Made by a program: the position numbers and the translations under genes | Source of the DNA: an uncultured Alphaproteobacteria bacterium | GTDB lineage: Bacteria; Pseudomonadota; Alphaproteobacteria; RF32; CAG-239 | Reading direction: 5' to 3' | Assembly: GCA_947588275.1 (NCBI GenBank) | Contig: CANPYJ010000001.1 | Coordinates: 20,292 to 84,291, forward strand | Length of the DNA: 64,000 nucleotides | The notes under the pieces: model-generated | Seen by the model: the letters and a program-made list of their open reading frames with translations, nothing else | Databases searched by the model: none | Told to the model about the DNA's origin: nothing | In this document: positions 56,102-64,000 of the stretch, in pieces | How the letters are laid out: each line of letters starts with the position of its first letter | How positions within the stretch are numbered: the first letter of the stretch is position 1

Positions 56102-56710
56102 TTAGTCGATCAGCCGATCCAGCATCGCAAAAACTTTAAGATAATAATTGGCGCTGTGCGGCACAAAGTCTTTAATCGATACATTTTGCCGGACCGGCTT
56201 GTTTGAACCGCGGCAATACCCGCTTATCTCAATGGTTTTGACATCGCCGCCGAACAAATTCGTCAGCTCGTCAAGCGAGGCCGCAAAAACGCCGTCGATT
56301 TCATCGGAAGACATCAAAACATCACTTAATTTCCAGCGGCTTTTCAGTGCGTAGACCGGATTAAACTCTCGCACCAATATGCCTTTGACATCATCGACAG
56401 TTCGGCAGGTAAAAAGTTTTTCGAGTTCGTTTTCATTGACTTCCAGTCCCAATTTTTCTTCCAAACCGCGAACGGCGGCTTGTTTGGCGTTTTCGCCGGC
56501 CATAGGATGCTCGGTACACGACGCATCAAACAATGACGGCGACAAAAACTTGGTTGCGGAGCGTTTTTGAAACCAGATATTTCCCTTGTCGTAAATCCAG
56601 CAACGAACGTTTTTCAGCCACAAACCTTCATGATAAGCCTGAAATCTCATGGCTGTTCCGAGCAGATTCATATCGCTGTCATAAATATCTATCAATTCGT
56701 CAGCCATCAT
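56102..56710 (-). CDS. NUDIX hydrolase
   Basis: Nudix box GENAKQAAVRGLEEKLGLEV. RBS AAGGAGAAC before MMADEL. Start overlaps upstream TPR gene stop. Confidence 0.7.
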   Translation of the reverse strand: MMADELIDIYDSDMNLLGTAMRFQAYHEGLWLKNVRCWIYDKGNIWFQKRSATKFLSPSLFDASCTEHPMAGENAKQAAVRGLEEKLGLEVNENELEKLFTCRTVDDVKGILVREFNPVYALKSRWKLSDVLMSSDEIDGVFAASLDELTNLFGGDVKTIEISGYCRGSNKPVRQNVSIKDFVPHSANYYLKVFAMLDRLID

Positions 56711-58490
56711 GTTCTCCTTTAAAGACAATGCCGTTTACCGGTTCTCCGTTTTCAAACCGCATAACAAACCTTTCTTGAGTTATAGCCGAAAAACCGTTTT
56801 GACGCAAGAGTTTTTCAACATATTCCGGACGATGCTGGTAACGCCCGTTCAGATTCAAAGCATAGTCCGCTGCTTTATCTGAAACTTCAACAGAAATGAT
56901 TATGTTCTTGTTTCGAATTGATTTTATAAGTTCGTCCAATGCGCCGATATAGCCGGCCACATCGCCTGCGACAACCCAGTCAAAATTCTGATTGCGGCGC
57001 AGATAATCAAGCGCATCGCTCTTTACCAATTGCGCATATACCTTTTTTTGTGCCGCCACATCAAGCATTTTTTGGCTGAGGTCTACTCCGATGATTTGAT
57101 TCCGAGGAGTTTTAAGAGCCGCACCGACAAGCCCCGTGCCACATCCCAAATCCACAATGGTACCTTCAAGAGATCCTGCAATTCTTCCCATAACCAGCGG
57201 CACTGCATAGCCCAAAGTCTGGACAACATGTTCATAATTATCAGCAAAATGGTCAAACAGCTTTTCGCTATAAATCTGATGATTTCCAATATTTTCTCCT
57301 TTCAGTGCGGCGGCCGTATGTTTGGCAAAAGCGTTTTCCGGATAACTTTTCAGCCAGTTGTCGGCAATTTTTTGTGCTTCCGGCAAATTTTGGCGCGCAA
57401 ACATTATCAGAGTTTCACTCAAATTGACCGATATTTCCTCCATGTCGGTCTGATGCGCCAAAGCGTTGAAGAGCAGGCCCAAAGCTTCTTCATATTCGCC
57501 GAGTCCGCGCAAAATAAGGGCCAGATTATTGCTTGGTTCGGCGGCTTGCGGACTAATCAAAACCGCGGCGCGATATTCTTCCAAAGCTTCGCTGAGCCGG
57601 CCGGCACGCTGCAGCATCTCGGCATAATTATGATGAAATTCAAAATTTTTGGGTTGCAGTTCAAGCAGGCGGCGATAACGTTTTTCGGCCTCGTCAAAAT
57701 TGCCTTCGCGGCTGTAAATGTCGGCCAAACCGGACAAAGCGGCCAAATTGCGCGGGTTCAGCAATTCGGCTTTGGCATAATAAATTTTGGCATTGTCGAA
57801 TTGCTTTTCGTGACAACAGAGCAGGGCGAGCTGTACGCGCACTTCATCGGAGGTCGGCGCCAGTTCTTTGGCTTTGGCGGCGCTGCTCCATGCTTCTTGC
57901 CAAAGACCCCGCTGCATGTATACATCGGTCAGATAATAAAAGACACGTCCTTCGGCTGGAAAGGCAGCGGCAAGAGTTTCGAGGTCTTCCTGCGCTTTGG
58001 CAATGTTTTCACCGCCATAACTCATGGCCAGATTGGCTTTGGCCTCGGCATAAGAAGCGTCCAGTTGGGCGGCATATTCCCAGTTGAGCCGTGCCTCGGC
58101 CATATTTCCGAGCTGTTGCAACAGCAGGCCGATTTCATTATATGTTTCTTTAATCTGCGGATTAATTTGAGCGGCTTTCCGAAAATTTTCTAGAGCTTCG
58201 GACAAGTGACCATTCAGTTTATAAGAAAAAGCCAGATTATAATAATAAACGGCATTGTCAGGCCGTACCTTAAGCGCCCGCATAAAAAGGCGACAAGCCT
58301 CATCTTGAGCGCCCTTGGCCTGTGCCACCAGTCCCAGCAGGTTCAAAACATCCGGCTGATCGGCCGTTGTCTGCAATATCTGCCGATAAACAGCCTCTGC
58401 TTCGTCCAGACGGCCGCTTTCGTGCAGATGAAGTGCATTTTGAAATAAGGTTTCGTAAGACATTTTCAATTTTTTCCGCAAATTTTTCAT
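56700..58490 (-). CDS. TPR-repeat protein fused to C-terminal class I SAM-dependent methyltransferase. Start uncertain (58490 or 58463).
   Basis: About 10 TPR units (AEAVYRQILQ..., ALENFRKAAQINP...). MTase motif I VDLGCGTGL. Confidence 0.7.
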   Translation of the reverse strand: MKNLRKKLKMSYETLFQNALHLHESGRLDEAEAVYRQILQTTADQPDVLNLLGLVAQAKGAQDEACRLFMRALKVRPDNAVYYYNLAFSYKLNGHLSEALENFRKAAQINPQIKETYNEIGLLLQQLGNMAEARLNWEYAAQLDASYAEAKANLAMSYGGENIAKAQEDLETLAAAFPAEGRVFYYLTDVYMQRGLWQEAWSSAAKAKELAPTSDEVRVQLALLCCHEKQFDNAKIYYAKAELLNPRNLAALSGLADIYSREGNFDEAEKRYRRLLELQPKNFEFHHNYAEMLQRAGRLSEALEEYRAAVLISPQAAEPSNNLALILRGLGEYEEALGLLFNALAHQTDMEEISVNLSETLIMFARQNLPEAQKIADNWLKSYPENAFAKHTAAALKGENIGNHQIYSEKLFDHFADNYEHVVQTLGYAVPLVMGRIAGSLEGTIVDLGCGTGLVGAALKTPRNQIIGVDLSQKMLDVAAQKKVYAQLVKSDALDYLRRNQNFDWVVAGDVAGYIGALDELIKSIRNKNIIISVEVSDKAADYALNLNGRYQHRPEYVEKLLRQNGFSAITQERFVMRFENGEPVNGIVFKGEHDG

Positions 58491-58672
58491 ATTGTAACGC
58501 CGCAAAAAACAAAAATCCACAAAATTATATAAAAAATGCTTGATTTTCACCAGAAACCATTATACAGTACCACCACTTCCGGGAATGAAGACGAGCCAAA
58601 TCGCCTCGTTTGGCGGCATAAGCCAAAACTACCGGGACAATAACCCAAACAATAATTTAAGGATTGAAATTT

Positions 58673-59284
58673 ATGAAAAGTATCATTACGACCAAGAAAA
58701 AGAAAGAGCGTCAGTACGGCACCATCTGGGGCGCGCCGAACAGCTCGGTTGCCAAGCGCGAATACGCTCCCGGACAACACGGCCAGCGTCACAAAAAGCC
58801 CACTGATTACGGCACTCAGTTGTATGCCAAGCAGAAACTGAAAACCTATTACGGCAACGTTTCTGAAAAACAGTTTCACAAATACTATGTCGAAGCCATC
58901 CGTCGTTCCGGCGACGCGGCCGAAAACCTTATCGGCCTGTTAGAATCCCGTCTGGACAATCTGGTCTACAAAGCCAAATTCGCGCCGACGATTTTTGCTT
59001 CGCGCCAATTTGTAAATCATGGTCACGTCACGGTCAACGGCAAAAAGGTCAATATCCCGTCTTATATGGTAAAACCGGGTGATATCATTGAACTTAACGC
59101 CAAAGCCAAACAGCTGCCGATCGTTATCAGCGCCATGGAATCTTCCAGCCGCGATTTTCCGGCTTATCTGGAAGTCGACAACAAGAAATTTACGGCCAAA
59201 TACGCTTATGTGCCCAAGTTTGATGATGTTCCTTATGCGTCGCTGATGGAACCCAACTTGGTCATCGAGTTCTACTCCAGATAA
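58673..59284 (+). CDS. rpsD: 30S ribosomal protein S4 (solitary, not in an alpha operon)
   Basis: Full-length S4 with S4 RNA-binding domain ([41 protein letters not shown]). Confidence 0.9.
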   Translation: MKSIITTKKKKERQYGTIWGAPNSSVAKREYAPGQHGQRHKKPTDYGTQLYAKQKLKTYYGNVSEKQFHKYYVEAIRRSGDAAENLIGLLESRLDNLVYKAKFAPTIFASRQFVNHGHVTVNGKKVNIPSYMVKPGDIIELNAKAKQLPIVISAMESSSRDFPAYLEVDNKKFTAKYAYVPKFDDVPYASLMEPNLVIEFYSR

Positions 59285-59307
59285 CATTTGGACCAAGCTC
59301 TTGTTTC

Positions 59308-59349
59308 AAATCCTCGGAAGTTGTGCAACCTCCGAGGATTTGTGCTTTA
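59308..59349 (+). terminator. rho-independent terminator after rpsD (aaatcctcggaag-ttgtgcaac-ctccgaggattt + GTGCTTT)
   Basis: 13-bp stem. T-rich tail. Confidence 0.65.
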
Positions 59350-59409
59350 AAATTAATCAAAACTGTGGTTATATAAAAAACGACTTGATTTTATAACGAG
59401 AGAAAACCC

Positions 59410-61800
59410 ATGCAGGATATCTTTATAAACGATCCCCGACAGACTTCTGCCAAAGAAATTGCTCAGCGCCAAACCATCATAAAGAAAACCGGCCGCCGCT
59501 GGTATCAATTTTTGGCCGATTTGTTTATAAAGAGTATGCTGGTGGCTGTTTTGCTGGCGGTCGATTTCACGTTGTTCGCGCGCGCCGGCAGTTACAATTT
59601 GTTTTCGGCCTCGCATGCAATCGCCTTAGAAGCGGTTTACATCTATGCCATAATTGCCGCCGTATCGTTTGCCTTGATATTAGTCACGTCTTTTTCCGTA
59701 TACTTGCAAAATGTTGTCGTTTCGGCCGTTGCCGCTATACTGTTGTGGGCTGTTTTCAACCAGTTTGCCTTATTTGACTATCGCTCGATACTTTCTGCTT
59801 ATCTAGGCATTCTGCAAGGAACTTTTGCCTTTGTAATTAATGATTATTCGCATTTTATTCTCATGTTGCTGGTCTTCTTGTTGACCTATATGTTTATGGG
59901 AGTTGCCAGCCGTGCCACTCAGGCTTGGACCTTGGGCACCGGCGCGCTGATTCTGCTGGCGCTGCTCAGCGACGCCTACTTCGCGCCGCAAAAACAGCCC
60001 CTTAAAGACATGCCGGCGATAGAGAATCTTTTTGCTCCGACAGAGCAGGATCGCAATTTGGTCTTTATCGCTTTGACACAGGCACCGTCTTACAATCAGC
60101 TCAAAGCATTGGGGAAAATTTCTGCCTCTGTCGAAATTCAGCATGCCGCTGCTAATATGCTCGGCTTTTATCAACAAAATAACTTCACTTATTATCCGCA
60201 GAGCTATATTCCTTATCCCAATATGTCATTTTATCAAGTCAGCAATGATAATATGCATTTTTATAATATGGCGGAAATTCTTAATCCCGAACAGGATAAA
60301 GGGGTGCGCGATTTGCTCATGAGCAACATCTACACAACCCAATATTGGGACTTTGATCAAATCGGGCTGGGAAAACTTTATCTGTCGCGCAACAAGATTT
60401 TTGACACTTTTCATAACAACAAATACAACATTTATGTTTATGAAGGGCGAGGCATTGAGTTATGCTCCTCCGACAACATTCTGAGCGTCAACCGGTGCAT
60501 AGGACAGCGCAGTCTGCCCATAGACTTGGAAAACAAACGGTTTACTCTGCCGCAAAAGGTTTCTTTATTGATGGCCGAGTGGCTGGAAAGCACGCAGCTT
60601 GTTCCGCATGTTGATACGCTCTTCAATATGGCCGCCGCCGTTAATCCGAATGTCTCAAAGCTTAATTTTTCGGCTTCGGGACTGTATTCTCTGGACAGCT
60701 TTGCACAGCTCGACCGGCTGACCCAAGACATCAGCCGCGACAAAGGCAGCGGACTTTATGTCCTGTTGATGGAAATGCCTTCGGATTCATTTATGTATGA
60801 CAGCAATTGCCGTCTCAAACCTTTGACCGAATGGGTGAAGGCTGACAACAACAGCATCAACATCAAGACACGTCAGATTGCTCTGGCCGAACAAACCAAC
60901 TGCTTGTATGGCCAGCTTGAAAAGTTTATTCAGGAACTGCGGCGACAAAAAATTCTTGACCATACGGCAATCGTCATTGCCAGCCTCAACACGCCGATTG
61001 CCGACACTTGGATTAACGGAAACGATATTTTCCGCACCTTGCATCTTGGCATTCGCACCAATTTGGCCATTTATGATCCGCTCAAGGAACAAGAGGATAT
61101 TGACTATAGTTTCTGCTCGACTTCGCAGCTGCTTTACAAATATTTGTATCATGGCGTCGATTGCAACGATATCCATACGCTGAACGTGCCACAACGGGTC
61201 AAAGAGCAAATCCAGCAAAAAGTCATATCTTCTCAAATTCCCCCGGCCGAAAGCGAACAAGCTTTGCAATATTTCAAAAGCTGGTATGCTTCTTGGGCCA
61301 AAGCCAACAATGTGGAAAACGACATTGACGACGAGGTTATTCCGTTGGAAACGCACGATGAGGTTATTCAGACTGTGCCGGTGGCCGTGGCCGAAGAATT
61401 GCCGCCGGAAGCGCCTGCCGTGCCCTTAAGCGAAGTTTCTGCCGCTGCCGCAACCGAAGACGACGCTGCGGCAGAGCAGAGCAAAACCTCGGAGGAATCT
61501 GCCGCTCCGACAGAAACCAAACCGTCAGACGCATCGGCAGAAACTTTGGCAGAAGTTCAGACCGCACCTGAACAAGACACGACGGCAGCTGCACAAGAAA
61601 CTGCAGAATCTCAGCCGACAAAATCTCAGTCTGAGACGCCGGCTGCCGAACCGTCTGAGACGCCGGCTGAACCGCAGATTAACATGGAAGTCAAAGTTAT
61701 TGAGCAGACCGAGTCCGTAAACGACGTTATTCCGCCGTTCTTATTTGGAGAAGATGAGACAAATCCGATTGAAGAAACGGGTGTAAACGGTGAGGAATAA
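59410..61800 (+). CDS. large inner-membrane protein (796 aa): N-terminal ~5 TM domain, ~450-aa periplasmic domain (possibly sulfatase/phosphotransferase-superfamily-like), Pro/Glu/Ala/Thr-rich acidic C-terminal tail
   Basis: Hydrophobic N-terminus. Low-complexity C-terminus (ELPPEAPAVPLSEVSAAAATEDDAAAEQSKTSEE...). Overlaps yejE start by 11 nt. Confidence 0.55.
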   Translation: MQDIFINDPRQTSAKEIAQRQTIIKKTGRRWYQFLADLFIKSMLVAVLLAVDFTLFARAGSYNLFSASHAIALEAVYIYAIIAAVSFALILVTSFSVYLQNVVVSAVAAILLWAVFNQFALFDYRSILSAYLGILQGTFAFVINDYSHFILMLLVFLLTYMFMGVASRATQAWTLGTGALILLALLSDAYFAPQKQPLKDMPAIENLFAPTEQDRNLVFIALTQAPSYNQLKALGKISASVEIQHAAANMLGFYQQNNFTYYPQSYIPYPNMSFYQVSNDNMHFYNMAEILNPEQDKGVRDLLMSNIYTTQYWDFDQIGLGKLYLSRNKIFDTFHNNKYNIYVYEGRGIELCSSDNILSVNRCIGQRSLPIDLENKRFTLPQKVSLLMAEWLESTQLVPHVDTLFNMAAAVNPNVSKLNFSASGLYSLDSFAQLDRLTQDISRDKGSGLYVLLMEMPSDSFMYDSNCRLKPLTEWVKADNNSINIKTRQIALAEQTNCLYGQLEKFIQELRRQKILDHTAIVIASLNTPIADTWINGNDIFRTLHLGIRTNLAIYDPLKEQEDIDYSFCSTSQLLYKYLYHGVDCNDIHTLNVPQRVKEQIQQKVISSQIPPAESEQALQYFKSWYASWAKANNVENDIDDEVIPLETHDEVIQTVPVAVAEELPPEAPAVPLSEVSAAAATEDDAAAEQSKTSEESAAPTETKPSDASAETLAEVQTAPEQDTTAAAQETAESQPTKSQSETPAAEPSETPAEPQINMEVKVIEQTESVNDVIPPFLFGEDETNPIEETGVNGEE

Positions 61801-62833
61801 CAAAACTGCGGCAGGAGGAGCTTTTCATCGGCATTGGCGAGCATTTTGCCGCAACCGCCGCGCCTTTTGGTCTTTGCTGATTTTGTCCGGCATATTCGCG
61901 CTGACTTTGCTGGCTGAAACTTTGGCCAATGATCAACCGTATTTGGTCAAATACCAAAACAATTATTACTTTCCGCTGTTTAAGACTTACAATGAAACGG
62001 CCTTTGGCGGCGATTTCCCGACTCCCGCCGATTATCGCGATCCGTATATTCGTGGCCAAATAGCGCAAAGCGGCGGCTTCATGGTGTTTCCGCCGCTGCC
62101 GTTTTCTTTCAATACGGTTGACTATGAGCTTGACAAACCGACGCCGGCAGCACCGTCTTGGACTCATTGGCTCGGCACAGACGACGAAGGGCGCGATATT
62201 TTGGCGCGCATTATCTATGGTTTGCGTTTATCAATCGTTTTTGCCGCACTTCTGACCGCCGCCAGCTCGGTCTTGGGAATTGCGGCCGGCGCAGTTCAAG
62301 GATATTTCGGCGGCAAAACGGATTTGATTATGCAGCGTCTGCTGGAAATTTGGGACTCTTTGCCGCAGTTGTTTGTTTTGATTATTATTGCCAGTATTTT
62401 CAAACCGACGTTTTGGAGTTTGTTTCTGATTATGCTGGCTTTCACTTGGATGAGCCTGACCGGAGTGGTGCGTGCCGAGTTTCTGCGCGCTCGTAATTTT
62501 GAATTTGTAAAAGCCGCGCACGCCCTTGGCGTGAGCAATCTGCGCATCATCTTTCGCCACATTTTGCCCAATGCCGTTGTGGCCGGGTTAACCTATATCC
62601 CGTTTATTATGGCCGAAGCGGTAGTTGCGCTCACGGCTTTGGATTTCTTGGGCTTTGGCCTGCCGCAAGACTACCCGTCGCTGGGCGATCTGGTACGCCA
62701 GGGCAAAGACAATTTGCAGGCGCCGTGGATAGGTATTTCGATTTTCTCGGTCTTGTCAGGTTTTCTCACCATGCTGATTTTTATCGGCGAGGGCGTGCGC
62801 GATGCTTTTGATACGCGGAGAATGCAAAAATGA
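61790..62833 (+). CDS. yejE: oligopeptide/microcin-type ABC transporter permease (YejE/OppC-like)
   Basis: Long periplasmic N-loop then ABC TM domain with EAA-like motif region (AAHALGVSNLRIIFRHILPN). Confidence 0.8.
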   Translation: MRNNKTAAGGAFHRHWRAFCRNRRAFWSLLILSGIFALTLLAETLANDQPYLVKYQNNYYFPLFKTYNETAFGGDFPTPADYRDPYIRGQIAQSGGFMVFPPLPFSFNTVDYELDKPTPAAPSWTHWLGTDDEGRDILARIIYGLRLSIVFAALLTAASSVLGIAAGAVQGYFGGKTDLIMQRLLEIWDSLPQLFVLIIIASIFKPTFWSLFLIMLAFTWMSLTGVVRAEFLRARNFEFVKAAHALGVSNLRIIFRHILPNAVVAGLTYIPFIMAEAVVALTALDFLGFGLPQDYPSLGDLVRQGKDNLQAPWIGISIFSVLSGFLTMLIFIGEGVRDAFDTRRMQK

Positions 62834-64000
62834 GCCTGCTTGAAGTAAAAAATTTGAGCGTTTGCTTTCGGCAGGAAGACGGCCAAGACTTTTGTCCGGT
62901 CAAAGAAGTTTCGTTTAAGCTGGAAAAGGGCGAAATTCTCGGCATTGTCGGCGAATCCGGTTCCGGAAAATCATTGACTGCGTTGTCGATTTTAGGCCTA
63001 TTGCCTTATCCGCGCGCTTTTCATCCTCAGGCTTCCTCAATCAAATTCGACAACATAGAATTGATAGCCAACCCTGATTTGCGGCAATACCGCGGCGGCC
63101 GCATCGGATTTATTTTTCAAGAACCTATGTCATCGTTGAATCCGTTGCATACCATTGAGCGTCAAATTGCCGAAACTCTGATGATACATCAAAATTTCTC
63201 AGCCGGAAAAGCGCACGCACAGGTTTTGGAACTCTTGCGACAGACCGGCATCAAGAACGCCAAAGCACGGCTAAAATCTTATCCGCACGAGCTTTCCGGC
63301 GGTCAACGGCAACGAGTTATGATTGCAATGGCCATTGCCAATCATCCGGATATTTTGATAGCCGACGAGCCGACCACGGCACTGGATGTTACGGTACAGG
63401 AACAAATTTTGAAGTTGATTATGGATTTGCGTCGTCAAATGGGAATGGCTGTCATTTTCATCAGTCACGATTTGCGTTTAATCAGCCGCATTGCCGACCG
63501 GGTTGCCGTCATGAAAAACGGTCTAATAATCGAGCAGGGGACGGCCAAACAAATATTTGAACACCCGCGTCATAATTATACAAAAACTTTAATTAATTCT
63601 TCAAACATACTGAAAAATAAATATATCTATTCGGACAAAACAGTCTTGGAAACACGCGGTATATGCGTTAATTATCCGCTCTATAAAAACTTCTGGGGAA
63701 CGCCGCGCACTTTTCTAAAAGCTGCCGATCATATTTCGCTCAAGCTCAAACAAGGCCAAACTTTGGGCATTGTCGGCGAATCCGGGTCCGGAAAGACCAC
63801 TCTTGGCCAAGCTTTGTGTCGCCTCATACCTTTTGACGGCGACCTCTTTTTATATGGTCGTGAAGCCGGCCGCATCGCTCCGCGCGATTGGCACAAGCAA
63901 GTTCAAATCGTTTTCCAGGATCCATACAATTCTCTTAATCCGCGAATGAATGTCGCGCAAATTGTCGGCGAGGGTCTGACCGTACACTTTCCCAAACTTT
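62830..64000 (+). CDS. yejF: dual-ATPase ABC transporter ATP-binding protein (YejF-like), 3' partial at window edge
   Basis: ATG overlaps yejE stop (ATGA). Two Walker A motifs (GESGSGKS at 62950 and 63780). LSGGQRQR signature. DEPTTALD Walker B. Confidence 0.8.
   Translation, partial: MSLLEVKNLSVCFRQEDGQDFCPVKEVSFKLEKGEILGIVGESGSGKSLTALSILGLLPYPRAFHPQASSIKFDNIELIANPDLRQYRGGRIGFIFQEPMSSLNPLHTIERQIAETLMIHQNFSAGKAHAQVLELLRQTGIKNAKARLKSYPHELSGGQRQRVMIAMAIANHPDILIADEPTTALDVTVQEQILKLIMDLRRQMGMAVIFISHDLRLISRIADRVAVMKNGLIIEQGTAKQIFEHPRHNYTKTLINSSNILKNKYIYSDKTVLETRGICVNYPLYKNFWGTPRTFLKAADHISLKLKQGQTLGIVGESGSGKTTLGQALCRLIPFDGDLFLYGREAGRIAPRDWHKQVQIVFQDPYNSLNPRMNVAQIVGEGLTVHFPKL

Noticed and set aside
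1-64000. Search for CRISPR arrays, integrases, transposases, toxin-antitoxin or restriction-modification genes
   Set aside because: No regularly spaced direct repeats. No tyrosine/serine recombinase, DDE transposase, methyltransferase-endonuclease pairs or PIN/RelE-like small gene pairs were recognisable. The only repeat structures are the tRNA-Ser partial duplication and the intragenic autotransporter repeat.

Overview
This 64 kb window is a gene-dense proteobacterial chromosomal segment (about 50% GC, roughly 75 genes, short intergenic gaps, many overlapping start/stop codons). It carries housekeeping genes together with a large share of envelope and secretion genes. I found no CRISPR array, integrase, transposase or restriction-modification genes. 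Recognisable genes include a DHFR-like/thyA/dut thymidylate cluster, pagP, kdsA, recO, parC, mltB, rlpA, a DacC-type DD-carboxypeptidase (PBP5/6 family), tmk, holB, tatD, metG, trkH, two mlaD/MCE paralogs, a GldA/F/G-like ABC system with a DUF4340 protein, a PAS histidine kinase, dsbD, apbE-rseC-rnfBCDGEA, a family-4 UDG, rpsD and yejEF. Three RNA genes are visible: a circularly permuted (two-piece) tmRNA directly upstream of sspB, a tRNA-Ser followed by a partial tandem copy of itself, and a tRNA-Lys(CUU) next to two secreted hypothetical proteins. The most unusual protein-coding features are listed below. (1) A 1285-aa autotransporter with an ankyrin-like segment and a cysteine-rich triple repeat. 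(2) A 448-aa LRR/beta-solenoid-like repeat protein. (3) An alpha/beta hydrolase with an NLS-like basic patch and a polyacidic tail. (4) A HAD hydrolase paired with a glycerol-1-phosphate dehydrogenase-like enzyme. (5) A CoaD-like nucleotidyltransferase fused to an unknown domain. (6) A 796-aa membrane protein in the place where yejAB would normally sit. Solitary rpsD and the permuted tmRNA are alphaproteobacterial hallmarks, but other loci (PagP, DUF1566, rnfBCDGEA order) look mosaic. All calls are from reading the sequence and the ORF track; no database searches were run.
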